This document shows, one piece after another, positions 23,286 through 35,663 of a DNA stretch of 64,000 nt; positions within the stretch are counted from its first letter, which is position 1; each line of letters begins with the position of its first letter. This DNA is from Schizosaccharomyces osmophilus (lineage: Eukaryota): contig NC_079240.1 in the NCBI RefSeq assembly GCF_027921745.1, positions 62,001 to 126,000 on the forward strand, given 5' to 3'. The notes under the pieces are model-generated. The model was not told where the DNA came from, did no database searches, and worked only from the letters and a program-made list of their open reading frames with translations. The position numbers were made by a program, and so were the translations under genes.

Positions 23286-24110
23286 ATGAACATATTTATT
23301 CCAAAGACACGACGACCAACTTTTGAACTCTATTTAAAAATCCAAGATCTGTCAAATATTCCTTTGGTCACTGGGTTAGTCTTTACAAAATGGAATGTAG
23401 ATGGCGTTCATACTCGTGATTGCAGCGGGCAAACAAAATGCGAGCCTGTTTTAGAGCACAAAGTAGTATGGGTTTACGATACAACGATACTAGTTCGTTT
23501 TGTCATTGATCAGGCCAATACCCTTCGTGAACGCTTTTTAAATTTTCAAATTTACAGTGATTCTCACAGCAGTTCTGGAATAGTGAGGCTTGGTAGTTTG
23601 AAGATAAATTTGGCAGAATATGTAGGGGTCGGGATGGATTCTCGCAAATATCTACTCGCTGACAGTAAAATAAATGCTACTCTTCGTATCGGTATTGGTT
23701 TAAAACAACTTTCAGGCGCCGACAACTTTCACGTCGCTAAAAAGCTGGGAAAGCCTCAAGTATTTAGCGGTTTAACTGGCTTATTGACTGAGGGAAAAGA
23801 ACTAAAACGAAGGGACGACGAAGCAGCGATTGCTCCCGGTCTTGCCTCCAATTGGGCTGAAAAAATGCTAACGTCTATCAAAGACTTTAATCAAAAGACC
23901 AGTATGTTTCATATGCATACAAAAAATAATAAATACGACACAAAACAAATCGTTGATGATATCTTTTTTGGTGGATCTGGTTGGGCCGAAAGGCCTGTGC
24001 TAGCGGAAATTTCAGATGGTACAACTGATCCTAGTTTGGTTGCTTTGGAAATTCGTCAAAGATCATGGGTACTTCCAAGTGAAAAAGAACAAGGTAAGCC
24101 TTTCCTTTAG
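23286..24110 (+). CDS. NT-C2 (EEIG1/EHBP1 N-terminal C2) domain protein, SPCC1494.08c-like
   Basis: FELYLKIQDLSNIPLVTG, LGSLKINLAEY, RKYLLADSKINATL. A GTAAGC near 24093 may start a terminal intron, so the exact 3' end is uncertain. Confidence 0.85.
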   Translation: MNIFIPKTRRPTFELYLKIQDLSNIPLVTGLVFTKWNVDGVHTRDCSGQTKCEPVLEHKVVWVYDTTILVRFVIDQANTLRERFLNFQIYSDSHSSSGIVRLGSLKINLAEYVGVGMDSRKYLLADSKINATLRIGIGLKQLSGADNFHVAKKLGKPQVFSGLTGLLTEGKELKRRDDEAAIAPGLASNWAEKMLTSIKDFNQKTSMFHMHTKNNKYDTKQIVDDIFFGGSGWAERPVLAEISDGTTDPSLVALEIRQRSWVLPSEKEQGKPFL

Positions 24111-24283
24111 ACTACACTCCAAATTACGTTTACCTCCTTCCTTATTTATTAGTATATAAAAGACTTTCCATTTTTTTCAATTAAACCCAAAATCCTTTTC
24201 TTTAAGAATATTAGATACATCTATCTACAGTAATCAAGTAGTATCTCTATATTGTAATCTATTTTCATTTGGTCATTGTTAAA

Positions 24284-27200
24284 TCAATAACAAAAATCTG
24301 GGTGAGCGTCTATCGCCCTCATCAGTTCATGCACGTCGTCTAAAGATACGTTGACATGCTTCGCTACCCGAATGATTCTAAAGACGACATACCATACGTT
24401 AGGGTCTGAAGTACGGCCTAATGCACCATCAACCTGCACGTTGACAAAGAACTGTTTGATTGATTTGATTCCATCTTCAACCCAGCTTTGTAGTTCTTCG
24501 CTTGATGGTAAAGCATAATACAAGAGATCCTGCAGCCTCTGATAGTCAGAATAGTATAAATTCTGACGTTCGGTCTCAAACAGTGCAGAATCGCGTGTCA
24601 ATATACTTTCAAGTTGTTCGGAAGCCTTCTCTAAGCCGTTGTGAACCATAATCCGTTTACTTACACGAGCTTGAAATTCCGACAAACCCCCAAAAGCTTT
24701 TTTGGTTGCTTGTTTCCACAAACTCCAAACTTCATTGATGCAGAGATCCGATACTTGCAGAACTTCACAAGCGTACGCCGCAGCATCTTGTCGAAGTTCT
24801 TCATCATCATCGTTCAGAACATCTCCCAAAATTAATGGTAGTATACAAATTCCTGTAAAATTGATCTCCTCCGAGTTGCTGGGAAAGCTAACTCCAAAAT
24901 GAATTAACGAGCTTAAAGCAGCCTTTCTGGTAGAAAACGCCATGTATTCATTTGTAAACTTTAAAAGGATATCAACCCAACAGTAATAATAATTCACAAC
25001 CTCGGTGTTACCCTCCATAAACAAATGTTTAAGGTATGAACCCAATAATATCAGAAGACTCTCACGCACTGGTAAGCTTTCATTTGTCTGTACGACCTCA
25101 ATTATTTCGGCACAGTCCAACATCATAGACTTGTAATTCTTCGCTTCTAAGAGATCTGAAAGCAAAGCAAGAGCAGGTGCACGAAGCTGACTCCACTGAT
25201 GTTTTAAGGATAGGTCCACCAACGCCCGCATTATTTCTGGATTATTGACAATAACCCTCTTTCTCGGATGATCCAATATGTGCTCTAATGTTGCAATTTG
25301 AACTTCATAAAACTCGTATCTTAGTAACTTTGAAACAAGAAATCCAATGGAATGAGTATCGCTATGTATGGAAAACTCTTTTGAGTTTTGTAAGAAGATT
25401 TCTGCAGCTGTTTGCTGATGAATAGGCAATCCAATGAAGTTATGGCCATAAAGAGGCCACGATTTCTTTTCAAAAAGGATGCGCTTGCAATAATCCATAG
25501 TCATCCTTCTTAACTGCTGCAGCCTTTTAGCATCCCTGTCAGTATGTGACATAAAATAACTTTGAATAATTTCCAAAAACAGTTTTTTTATATAAAAGCT
25601 TCGCTTATTTGATGTAATTTCAGAGAAACAGCTCAGCAAAGTCAAGGATACCTTGTCAAAAAAAATATTTTTCGACTCTCCTGTTAGGTTTGATAATAAG
25701 CCAGCTAGCATTGCTCTGACTGTCAACAGACGACCGTGTAATTCATTTTGTGTCAAAACTTCAACATTCTTTAATTGAGTAACGACAAACTCCATCAAAT
25801 GTGAGCCATCAATCAAGCAAGTTAATGACAGCGCCGCAATCTCTCGGACCTTGCAGATTTTACTAGCTGTACACTGAAGTAGCAGGGGCTCAAACTCATT
25901 TACACCTTCCCATTCCTCCTCATTTGGATAGGTATAAGCATATTGTAAACGAGAAAACAAATTTAAAATCGGATATAAGCCTGTGCTTGCTTGATTATTA
26001 GATCGCAAAGTATTAACACTATGTTGTAGCTCCTTCAACAGATACGGCCTTAAGGAAGGAAACTTACTGAAAAACGTCTTTGTCGAAAGACCTTTGGTAT
26101 TTCCTAAGTTAACTACTCCCTTGGGGCGTTTATTACCAAACGACCTATTCATCAAAGCTGTAAAAAGCATTACGCTGCAATTCCTAATGGGCCATAATTC
26201 ATGGGAAAATCCTTCAATAGCTAAAGCAATAGCTGGTTCCAAATACTCCAACGAAACGGATGAAAGTCGATGTTCCGTAAATATTGTTTTAAGACTATTC
26301 ATAGCATGAACCTGTGGAAGGTCAACTTTTGCAGCGTTTGGGTCAGCCACAATTTTTTCTTTAGACATATCAATTAGCGCTAAAATAGTTTTAGATAACA
26401 AAACTTTGTTTTTCTCTTTACCAGCAACCAAAATGCCTGTAATAGAAAAGGGAATACCACCGCTTCTGCGAGTGATAAATGATGACTTTTCTTGAACGAC
26501 CTCTATGTTTTTTTGCAACCAAGGAATTGGCATTCTGCATAAATTTACGTCTTTCATCGCAAACAAAAATGAACAGTAACTAACGAAACAAGGATAAACG
26601 CTAGTAAAAGCTCCTCGGTGCCTAATCTCCCATAGCCAACTCATCATCAAAAATCCATAATGATCCAAGTTTGAGTAATCAAAAACGTCTGGGTAGAAAG
26701 AGCTACATTTTATAAGGATCATGGATAATAGAGATGATATTTCCTTGATGCTCCTCCATGAGTAACTAAGAATCAATTGAGCAGGTGTATCCTCTAAATT
26801 ATCGGACACTCCACTATCATCTTGGTCTTTTGGCAAATTTCCTTCAGGAGAATCATCACAAAGAATCTCTTTAACAAGCAACCACACAGATTCTGATAGT
26901 TGCAAAATTTCAATGATTAAACTCTTCCATTCATTATCATTTTTCTTTAGAAAAGAAAGAGTTGACGAAGTAGAAAATGTATAGGACAACTGAATCAAGT
27001 ACCCTTGGATTGGATAACTTATAGCAGCTTGGAGTAATGATTTTCTAGCAACTTCAACGTTTTTCTGTAGAAGATCTAAAATTCTTCTTACATTTTTGTA
27101 GGTACTTCCTGACTGTAATTTTTCCATAAAATGATTGCAAAGACATATCGTCTTAGCACCACCTTCACACTCATGAACCCTAACAGAGTTGAGCAAACGA

Positions 27201-28795
27201 AGACCGTGATTAAATAAAAAACATAATTCTTCTGAAGTGTTATAACCAGGCAAATAATTATAGGATAGCAAAATGTTCAAACTAAGATCACGAATAGTAT
27301 CGTAGGGATCGATCAATCGATCTATTAAAATTCGAGTTACATCCTTGTTTAAAATTTTTATTTGAAATGGAAAAGAATGTTGTCTTTCTTTCATCATTGA
27401 TTCTTCTACCGATCCATCCAATCCCAAAGTTACTAAAGCTTTAAGAAGGCCAAGAGAACAAAGCACTTGCTGATAGTTGCAAGTCGGATGTAAATATTCA
27501 ATACATGCGGAAATAAAGTACTCCAAAAACCTTTGGGATCTTTTAATTATTTTAGCATCGTCAGGTATGGAAGGGCTGCGTTTGTATCTTATGTTTCTTT
27601 GAAGAGCATGGCAAGAAGCCCGAATCCTTACAAAAAAGTCATGCATTGATTTTAAAAGAATTTGTCTAGTATCGGAATCAGCTATTCCAAAAGCGAATTG
27701 AATCCTCGATTCAATGCAATCAAATTCCTCGACGGTCAAAGGCGTCGAAATATTGGGACAAAGAGCAATTAAATTAAAACAAGCAAGTTGTATTTTGGAA
27801 TCTTTATGCAACATAAGGCTTCGAAGAAAAGAATGTTCATTGTTGAGATCAAGGTGTTGAATAAGCTTTCCGTCTTTAGCGATTTTCAATGCAAACAAAC
27901 AAGCAGCATCTTTCGCATCCTTTGAAACGTCTGGATATCTTTGTAAAGCAGACAGAAATTTTGGTGTGATATTAGGAGAAACACTAAGTAACGATGGGAT
28001 TAAAAAGGAAGACATTCCACTTTGAGTTTGCCGATTGTCTCCATAAAATTCAGTAAGAATCACAGGACACCACAAGTTCATCCACTCGTCTTCTGCAATT
28101 TCTTTATCATCATATTTTTCACACAATGTTTGGTAATACAAACTTAATACAGTAAACACCGTAGTCGATATAGCTTGTGCATAGCTATAGTCCTTTAAAT
28201 ATTTCATTGAACGAGATATAAAATCAGGTTGAAACGAAAAAACAGCTTCTGCTCCAGTATATTTAACAAGGATCTGAATAGCGGTACACACTACCTTTGC
28301 ATGTCTATCCCAACATAGAGATTGTTGTAAAAGTAGTAGTAATGTATTTTCCTTAAGTTCTTCATTTGGACATGTAAGCAAATAAAGCTGTAATGTTTTA
28401 GTAAATAAATCTCTCACAGCCAATTGAACTCCCGTGACCCCAGGAATAGATGCCCGCGTCGATGGCAAGTTAAAAAGGGTTGACCAAAATGATCTTTCAA
28501 CCGATTCCCAGACATTCTGCTTAAATATATCATTTTGCTTGCAGGCGTTAAATACCCTCCGCAGCCAAACACTAGTGGTATCGAAACAAGCGAGTTGAGT
28601 TGGGCCATCGAGCGTAGGATGGGCCAAAAAGTATTTTAAAAATTGGTAAGACTGAAAGAAAAGGGTACCTCGTTCCGTCCAAGAGCTCGATTGAGTATTG
28701 ATGAAAAACTCTCTGCACTCACAAAATACTGAGGGCTCAAGCTGCAGGTGCGAATAGTCGCCTTCAAAGAGTGATAAAACACTTTTATCATCCAT
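24284..28795 (-). CDS. trm732: THADA/Trm732 tRNA 2'-O-methylation cofactor (DUF2428, ARM repeats)
   Basis: 1503 aa with SYSWRSIKE, IRHRGAF, ITRRSGGIP, VHAMNSL and WPIRNC motifs. Confidence 0.9.
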   Translation of the reverse strand: MDDKSVLSLFEGDYSHLQLEPSVFCECREFFINTQSSSWTERGTLFFQSYQFLKYFLAHPTLDGPTQLACFDTTSVWLRRVFNACKQNDIFKQNVWESVERSFWSTLFNLPSTRASIPGVTGVQLAVRDLFTKTLQLYLLTCPNEELKENTLLLLLQQSLCWDRHAKVVCTAIQILVKYTGAEAVFSFQPDFISRSMKYLKDYSYAQAISTTVFTVLSLYYQTLCEKYDDKEIAEDEWMNLWCPVILTEFYGDNRQTQSGMSSFLIPSLLSVSPNITPKFLSALQRYPDVSKDAKDAACLFALKIAKDGKLIQHLDLNNEHSFLRSLMLHKDSKIQLACFNLIALCPNISTPLTVEEFDCIESRIQFAFGIADSDTRQILLKSMHDFFVRIRASCHALQRNIRYKRSPSIPDDAKIIKRSQRFLEYFISACIEYLHPTCNYQQVLCSLGLLKALVTLGLDGSVEESMMKERQHSFPFQIKILNKDVTRILIDRLIDPYDTIRDLSLNILLSYNYLPGYNTSEELCFLFNHGLRLLNSVRVHECEGGAKTICLCNHFMEKLQSGSTYKNVRRILDLLQKNVEVARKSLLQAAISYPIQGYLIQLSYTFSTSSTLSFLKKNDNEWKSLIIEILQLSESVWLLVKEILCDDSPEGNLPKDQDDSGVSDNLEDTPAQLILSYSWRSIKEISSLLSMILIKCSSFYPDVFDYSNLDHYGFLMMSWLWEIRHRGAFTSVYPCFVSYCSFLFAMKDVNLCRMPIPWLQKNIEVVQEKSSFITRRSGGIPFSITGILVAGKEKNKVLLSKTILALIDMSKEKIVADPNAAKVDLPQVHAMNSLKTIFTEHRLSSVSLEYLEPAIALAIEGFSHELWPIRNCSVMLFTALMNRSFGNKRPKGVVNLGNTKGLSTKTFFSKFPSLRPYLLKELQHSVNTLRSNNQASTGLYPILNLFSRLQYAYTYPNEEEWEGVNEFEPLLLQCTASKICKVREIAALSLTCLIDGSHLMEFVVTQLKNVEVLTQNELHGRLLTVRAMLAGLLSNLTGESKNIFFDKVSLTLLSCFSEITSNKRSFYIKKLFLEIIQSYFMSHTDRDAKRLQQLRRMTMDYCKRILFEKKSWPLYGHNFIGLPIHQQTAAEIFLQNSKEFSIHSDTHSIGFLVSKLLRYEFYEVQIATLEHILDHPRKRVIVNNPEIMRALVDLSLKHQWSQLRAPALALLSDLLEAKNYKSMMLDCAEIIEVVQTNESLPVRESLLILLGSYLKHLFMEGNTEVVNYYYCWVDILLKFTNEYMAFSTRKAALSSLIHFGVSFPSNSEEINFTGICILPLILGDVLNDDDEELRQDAAAYACEVLQVSDLCINEVWSLWKQATKKAFGGLSEFQARVSKRIMVHNGLEKASEQLESILTRDSALFETERQNLYYSDYQRLQDLLYYALPSSEELQSWVEDGIKSIKQFFVNVQVDGALGRTSDPNVWYVVFRIIRVAKHVNVSLDDVHELMRAIDAHPDFCY

Positions 28796-29312
28796 AGCTT
28801 CAATTTCGATGTATGTAAGTAGAATTATAGCCTGATATTAGGTATACCTCAAAGGCCAAGTTTTCATCAAAATTTTGCCTTTTATACAAGAAAGCAAATT
28901 GAGAGTTATAACTAGCAACCCTACTTAATCTTTTCTTTTTCTTTAAACAAGGAAATAAATTCCAAGTAATTATTTATTTCGGACCCAAAAACAAGCAATT
29001 GGACGACCCCAACAATGGTGGATACAGACTGAAGTAGAGAATGGCAGTCCACGAAGCGCACGCCAAGAACCATCCTTAGCAAAATCAAGAAAACATCCTT
29101 CTGGTTACCATTTTACACTTAATTTTATTTTAATTAAATCCTAAGAGGATTATGATAAAATAAAAGTACCATAACTTTCAGAAAAGCTAGTTTTTGGTAA
29201 AAAATAGAGGGTGCTATATTTTTCTTTTCTTTTGTTCGAGGCTTAAACAAAGAGGAGCCGTAAATATAAAATAAAAGATTTATTTTTGAGATATTTACAG
29301 AAATTTATACAA

Positions 29313-31052
29313 ATGCCACAGGATTTTTCACAGTTTAATTTGGATCCGAGGATCCAGCGTGCCATTCAAAAATGTGGCTTCACTGAGCCTACGCAAGTAC
29401 AAAAAACGGGAATTCCTTTGGCCTTAGATGGAAAAGATTTAGTTGTTCAAGCCAAAACCGGTTCTGGTAAGACTGCTGCATATTTAATCCCACTTTTAGA
29501 ACTTTTATTAAAACAGAAGCAATTGGATGAAAAGGATCGTGGAATTTTTACTTTGATTCTCGTTCCTACAAGAGAACTAGCTCAACAGGTGTTCAAGGTT
29601 TTGGAAAAGCTGACACTATATTGTGGTAAACACATAAAATTTGTGAATATAGCTACAAATGCCGCAGACTTGGTACAGCGTCCTTTGCTCCTTGATTTCC
29701 CCGATATCGTAATATCAACTCCAAGCCGTTCTGTAGTTCATTTTTCCTCGGGGGCTCTTTCACTTGACAAGATCAAGTTTCTTGTTATCGATGAGGCTGA
29801 TTTGATTCTCTCTTTTGGATATCAAGACGATATGTCTAGTTTAAGCAAAGCACTCCCACGAGGAGTGCAGACGTTGTTAATGTCTGCCACCCTTACTGAA
29901 AGCATTGCTTCGTTACGGCAATTAGTTTGTCGTGATCCAGTAGTTTTACGTCTTGAAGATAAAGAAGCAGATGGACAGCTAACACAATATGCTGTAAAAA
30001 CTTCCGAACAAGATAAATTTTTGCTTGCGTATATTTTACTGAAATTAAGGCTCATAAAAGGAAAAATATTAATTTTCGTAAACGAAATTAATCGTTGTTA
30101 TCGCCTAAAGCTTTACCTTGAGCAATTCGGTATGAAAAGTTTGGTTTTAAATTCTGAATTGCCCGTCAATTCTAGAATGAATATCGTTGATCAGTTCAAT
30201 AAGGGCCTTTACCAAATTATAATTGCAACGGATGAAAGTGACAAAGTAGCAGAATTGGACGAAGATAATGAAGACCGACAGGAAGCTACTAACGAAGCCA
30301 ATGAGGAGGCGGATTCAAAGATGGAGGAAGATTCAAAGGATAGCCAAGATTCTGGTGAAACCGCTAGAAAGACAAAGTCAAAGCAAAAGAAAGCTATCAA
30401 AAAGGACCGTGAGTATGGCGTTGTTCGCGGCTTGGACTTCGAAAATGTCTCTTGTGTTCTCAATTTTGACATGCCAACAACCGCCAAAGCTTACATTCAC
30501 CGCGTAGGAAGAACTGCAAGAGCTGGAAAACCAGGAACAGCCATGTCTTTTTTTATACCTAAATCGGATGTTGGAAAGCATAAGCCTACAACTCTGGCTA
30601 CTTGCAAGAAAGATGAATCCGTCTTAAGACGATTGAGTAAAAAGGGCATTGAGCCTAAACCTTATGTTTTTGATAAAAAACAGACCGATGCGTTTCGATA
30701 CCGTATGGAGGATGCTCTTCGATCAGTTACTTCCGTGGCTGTGCAAACTGCCCGTGCTGCTGAATTGCGCCAGGAAATGCTAGCTTCTGAAAAGCTAAAG
30801 TCGTACTTTGCAGAAAATCCTGACGAGCTATTGACTTTGACGCATGATACGGCAGCTAGCGTTCGATTAGCACGCACACAAAGACATCTACGACACGTCC
30901 CAGAATATCTTTTGCCAAAGGGACTTCAGGCTGTAAATAAAGATGTTGGATTCGTCCCATTCAAAAAGCAGAATAACCGTAGGACTGCCAAGAAGAAGAA
31001 AAACACAAAGCACCGCCATGATCCTCTGCGCTCAATGAGAAGGAGTAAGTAG
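29313..31052 (+). CDS. dbp9: DEAD-box RNA helicase Dbp9/DDX56
   Basis: AKTGSGKT, PTRELA, DEAD, SAT, HRVGRTAR, EYGVVRGLDF, FRYRMEDALR; first ATG is 29313. Confidence 0.95.
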   Translation: MPQDFSQFNLDPRIQRAIQKCGFTEPTQVQKTGIPLALDGKDLVVQAKTGSGKTAAYLIPLLELLLKQKQLDEKDRGIFTLILVPTRELAQQVFKVLEKLTLYCGKHIKFVNIATNAADLVQRPLLLDFPDIVISTPSRSVVHFSSGALSLDKIKFLVIDEADLILSFGYQDDMSSLSKALPRGVQTLLMSATLTESIASLRQLVCRDPVVLRLEDKEADGQLTQYAVKTSEQDKFLLAYILLKLRLIKGKILIFVNEINRCYRLKLYLEQFGMKSLVLNSELPVNSRMNIVDQFNKGLYQIIIATDESDKVAELDEDNEDRQEATNEANEEADSKMEEDSKDSQDSGETARKTKSKQKKAIKKDREYGVVRGLDFENVSCVLNFDMPTTAKAYIHRVGRTARAGKPGTAMSFFIPKSDVGKHKPTTLATCKKDESVLRRLSKKGIEPKPYVFDKKQTDAFRYRMEDALRSVTSVAVQTARAAELRQEMLASEKLKSYFAENPDELLTLTHDTAASVRLARTQRHLRHVPEYLLPKGLQAVNKDVGFVPFKKQNNRRTAKKKKNTKHRHDPLRSMRRSK

Positions 31053-31584
31053 AATAATTTATACAACAGGCAAAACACGGTCTACATATTCTGGTTGTTT
31101 CCTTTGTTGATATCATTTTGGTCAGTATAATGGGGTCATGCGGGTATGGGTTAGGAATTTATTTTTAGAATTGTTTAATATAAAATACTACCTTAGGAAG
31201 CACTTTTGGTTTGCATAGAATGAGATAAAAATTGTATTAGCACTAAAAATGTTCTCTGCTATCAAGGAGTTTAATAGCAATAAAAGTTTTCACTTTTTGA
31301 TATAATAAATAATTTGATTATATTAAACTAAAGAAAATTCAACAGTTTTTATACACAGATGCGCTTTTATGTGGAGATTTCAGTAACTTCAATTTACCAA
31401 CTTTATATACCAGTTTTTGAAGAAAGACTTAATTAATTTACACTTTGCTTTAATTTATTCAATTTATATGATATAGATTAATATACAATGTAAAAAGTGT
31501 TATTCCTCATTGCAACCAAAAGCTGCTCTAAACCACAACCAAGACAGCCGTCAATTTGTTCAAGCGATCAAGTCAAGGTTATTG

Positions 31585-34515
31585 ATGGATTCTCTATCAG
31601 ATAGCTCAACTTCTTCATACCATGGTAAAAGACCAAGATCTTTAAGTGACGATTCTCAAGTTTCTTCTAATATGGATGATAATTTTCACAAATCTTTAAC
31701 ACCGGAGAAGTCCAAAGGAAATGCTCAAAATACTCCTAGTGTTTTTGAACAAAAAGAAATCATTGGAGATTTGGTAAATAACCAACCAGATTTGGAGGAA
31801 GGCCGCACAGATTTCTATATACTTTCTTACAGTTGGTATGAGATGCTCTGCTCTTACTTGTCCGAAGAGGGACCATTTCCTGGAGAAGTTGATCAAGAGG
31901 ATATTATGAATTTTGAGGATGGTTCCTTGAAAAGCAATCTGCAAGAAGAAATCGACTACATAATTATTTCAAAGGCATTGTGGGATGCCCTCACTGAATG
32001 GTACGGTTTAAAAGGCAACGAATTTCCTAGAGAAACCGTTGATCTCGGCTCTGAATATTCTCCTCATCTTGTGGTCGAAGTTTATCCTCCCAGCTTTTCA
32101 TTGACTTCATTGAGCTTACAAAGCGATCCTTATGAAACCCATAAGCCGTTAAAAATTACACTTTCTTCAAAAAGTACATTAGATGATCTTTTTGAAGGAG
32201 TGAAGTATACTTTGTCTATTTCTGGTGATAACTTTAGACTTTGGAGAGTTGACACAGAACTGCCTCTACAACGAACCATTGATCCTTCCTCTTTTATAAA
32301 GATCAGCTCGAAAGATGTAGTGGAATCATTGGACAAGGAAAAGACATTGGTGGAGTCTGGGATGGACAGTAGTTGTACACTAGTTGTTGAATGTATGCAC
32401 AATGAAACATGGCCCGTCGATCGTGCCCTAAGACTTCAATTTTTGATTCGTCAAAGAGACCAGCAATCAAGTACGTCCGTAGAAACCCGAGAAAATAAGG
32501 TGCTCGGTACCTGCGGCTTAAACAACTTGGGAAATACTTGCTACATGAATTCTGCGTTGCAATGTCTCACACATGTTCGTGAACTTCGTGACTTTTTCGT
32601 TTCGGATGAATGGAAGGATCAGGTGAATGAATCAAATCCGTTAGGCATGAGCGGCCAGGTTGCTGGCGCATTCGCATCCTTAATTAAGTCCCTATATAGT
32701 CCTGATCATACTTCATTTGCTCCACGACAATTTAAGGCGATTATTGGTCGGTTTAATCACTCGTTCTTAGGATATGGTCAACAAGATTCTCAAGAATTCT
32801 TAGCTTTTTTGTTGGATGGCTTACATGAAGACTTGAATCGTATATACCAAAAGCCATATACCTCCAAGCCTGATCTATATGAGCTAAAAGAAGAAAAGAT
32901 CCGAGATACCGCAAATGAATGTTGGAGATTGCATAAGCTTAGGAACGATTCAATTATCGTCGACCTGTTTCAAGGAATGTACAGAAGTACTTTGGTTTGT
33001 CCTGAGTGCAAGACTGTTTCCATTACTTTTGATCCATTCATGGATTTGACTCTTCCTTTACCCGTACAACAGTTCTGGTCTCACCCTGTTGTTTTTATTC
33101 CATGTGATACCACTCGCCGTCCGATCACCATCGAGGTCGTTCTCGAAAACAGATCTGCTACAATTGGAGATCTCGTGAAATATGTCGCTTCGAAGGTAGG
33201 TTGTGATGATTATAGGAAAATATTTGTAACCGAAACTTACAGAGGAAGGTTCTATAGATTCCTAACGTCTCTCACGAAATCTCTATTAATGGAAATTTCC
33301 GAAGAGGATGAAATATATCTATACGAATTGGAAAAGCCTGTAAATGAAGCGTCGGATGATATTGTAATCCCGGTTTATCACACGATCAGTCCTTCGACTA
33401 ATTCGTCAAGTAGCTATCTCGACAATCATGACTTTGGCTATCCATTCATTCTTCAATTGAAGAACGAAGAAGTTGGTGATGCTAGAGAGATTGAGAAAAA
33501 ACTCAAAACTAAGTATAGTCAATTTACAACTCTTAATACCTTGAAGGATGCCGAATGTCTAGAATCTTTACATGGCGATATGGATAAGGATCTTACATCT
33601 AATGAAGATGTTAATCATAACGAAACAAAAACACCGTTGTTTTATACTAAGGTATTTCATGATCGTTATGAACGGATACCGACGGGTTGGAATATGCATT
33701 CGACGAGTCTCTCTCTGCTCACAGAAAGGGATGTGGAATCTTTACAAGCCACAGTAGAGCCATCCACTAATGTTGATTATTTTGATGGTGATGAAGATGA
33801 TAGCCAGGCCGTCGAGGAAACCGCTCCTGGTTCGTATCCTGACCCTCCAAAACTTGAGGAAACTGATCAGAAGAACAGTAACCTACTTGTCCAAGGAGAC
33901 CTGCTGGTTTGTGAATGGCCGGAAACTTCTCAGGACTCTGTGTTTAACGAGTCACCAAGTAATTCTGAGACCGGTCGTTCATTATGGTCGGATATGGAAA
34001 GAATTATGTCTGAGACTAAGGAAGAGGGCAATCATCCACATACGATAACCCTCGACGATTGCTTAAATGAGTTTGAGAAAACCGAGCAGCTTGGCGAGGA
34101 GGATCCTTGGTACTGTCCTACCTGCAAAGATTTCCGGAGAGCATCTAAAGAGATGAGAATATGGAAATCTCCTGAAATTCTTATCTTCCACTTAAAGCGC
34201 TTTAGCAGTGAGAGAAGGTTCCGGGATAAGATTGATGAATTGGTTGAGTTTCCTATTGAAAGCTTCGACTTATCTAATCGTACGGAATCCCAAAAATTCA
34301 ATAATGTTGATGATCGTGAAAAGTGCCTGTATGAGCTGTGTGCTGTTGATAATCACTATGGTGGTTTAGGCGGTGGGCACTACACATCTTTCGCTCGTAA
34401 CCCTGATGACAATCAATTTTACTGTTATGATGATTCGAGAGTTTCACCAGTGAAACCTGAGGAAACTATAACGTCTGCTGCCTATTTATTATTTTATCGA
34501 AGAAAGTCAGCATAA
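31585..34515 (+). CDS. ubp12: Ubiquitin C-terminal hydrolase (DUSP plus USP domains)
   Basis: Cys box [21 protein letters not shown], His box [11 protein letters not shown]; first ATG is 31585. Confidence 0.93.
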   Translation: MDSLSDSSTSSYHGKRPRSLSDDSQVSSNMDDNFHKSLTPEKSKGNAQNTPSVFEQKEIIGDLVNNQPDLEEGRTDFYILSYSWYEMLCSYLSEEGPFPGEVDQEDIMNFEDGSLKSNLQEEIDYIIISKALWDALTEWYGLKGNEFPRETVDLGSEYSPHLVVEVYPPSFSLTSLSLQSDPYETHKPLKITLSSKSTLDDLFEGVKYTLSISGDNFRLWRVDTELPLQRTIDPSSFIKISSKDVVESLDKEKTLVESGMDSSCTLVVECMHNETWPVDRALRLQFLIRQRDQQSSTSVETRENKVLGTCGLNNLGNTCYMNSALQCLTHVRELRDFFVSDEWKDQVNESNPLGMSGQVAGAFASLIKSLYSPDHTSFAPRQFKAIIGRFNHSFLGYGQQDSQEFLAFLLDGLHEDLNRIYQKPYTSKPDLYELKEEKIRDTANECWRLHKLRNDSIIVDLFQGMYRSTLVCPECKTVSITFDPFMDLTLPLPVQQFWSHPVVFIPCDTTRRPITIEVVLENRSATIGDLVKYVASKVGCDDYRKIFVTETYRGRFYRFLTSLTKSLLMEISEEDEIYLYELEKPVNEASDDIVIPVYHTISPSTNSSSSYLDNHDFGYPFILQLKNEEVGDAREIEKKLKTKYSQFTTLNTLKDAECLESLHGDMDKDLTSNEDVNHNETKTPLFYTKVFHDRYERIPTGWNMHSTSLSLLTERDVESLQATVEPSTNVDYFDGDEDDSQAVEETAPGSYPDPPKLEETDQKNSNLLVQGDLLVCEWPETSQDSVFNESPSNSETGRSLWSDMERIMSETKEEGNHPHTITLDDCLNEFEKTEQLGEEDPWYCPTCKDFRRASKEMRIWKSPEILIFHLKRFSSERRFRDKIDELVEFPIESFDLSNRTESQKFNNVDDREKCLYELCAVDNHYGGLGGGHYTSFARNPDDNQFYCYDDSRVSPVKPEETITSAAYLLFYRRKSA

Positions 34516-35443
34516 ATTATATGTGTAAAAAAAGGTTATTGCCGTTGATTCAAACGTTCTTTTTCTTTGTGTCAATGGTATAGGCTAAAAGGTGTTACTT
34601 TGGGTGGATTTATTCAATGCCGGTTTTCCTAATCTTGTTAAAAAAGTTAATTTAAAAGAAAAATAAGATTTATAAGAACTCTTTTGTTTTATTTTTTCTG
34701 ACTGCATTATAGAGAGGGGCACAGAATGTAGCAAAGTTGTTGGCCTTCATCGATGTATTAAAGAATTTCGGTAATGTCCGAAAATATACTTCATTAGATG
34801 GACTGAAATATTCTTGACATTATACTTTTTCAGTAGCTTTGCCGAATATGTAACTATTGTTGCCATACTTTCGAACAGCTTGATTATTGCATTACTCGCC
34901 AGCTAACAGAAGTAAAAAAATAGCAATCACATGCTAATTTATTCAGTTTCCTGTTCTTTTTATGTCCTCACTTATAAATTCTAACGTTTCTAGCTTAAAT
35001 TAATAGACATATATTGTAGCTTCCGTTGAATAGAACATTCTAAAACATGTCACAACCGTAGCTTTTGCCTCTTATAAAAATCCTGCAAAAGCGTACAGGA
35101 CGGCAATGTTGTACTTGATGAATATATGCTGTAATATACGGCGATTTATTTTCTACGAAACACAAGAATTTGAGTTTTTTTAAGGTCAGAACAGCCGATT
35201 CTTCCTATTGAAGGGTTTGATTATAGAGTTACGGTCTTGTATGATCATCTTGCAAAATTAGTTTAGCCTAAGTCTTTATAAATGCCGATACTTAGACAGT
35301 CTTTATTTTTTTCCCTAAGTTGCCATCATTGTACATTGTTTACGTTAAAAAAGATCAGCAGTTAGTAAACATTAGTTATCTTAAATCCTATGTATTCTGT
35401 TATTCTGTAACTTTATAAAAACTTTTATTATTTCAAAAATATC

Positions 35444-35653
35444 TTCCAAGGCCGAGATGCTGTAATATAACAAATAAAAAGAGTTTTTTATTACAAAATG
35501 TAAACAATGGAAGTTTCTAAGAAACGAACTTTATCAGAGGAAACATTGTTACCTACTTCAGAAGTATATAAACCCAGCGTTAGAAGCTCAGATCTTCAGT
35601 TGGAAGATTTGACTGGTCCAGCTGAATAAATCGAGTCGTCGTTTAATTACTCG
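35444..35653 (+). mobile_element. LTR 5' part (U3-R) ending in an A10 run
   Basis: TTCCAAGGCCGAGAT resembles the LTR start TGTCAAGGCCGAGAT and aligns with the 6130 LTR. TATA-like TATATAAA, AATAAA at 35625-35630, then A10 at 35654-35663. Confidence 0.8.
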
Positions 35654-35663
35654 AAAAAAAAAA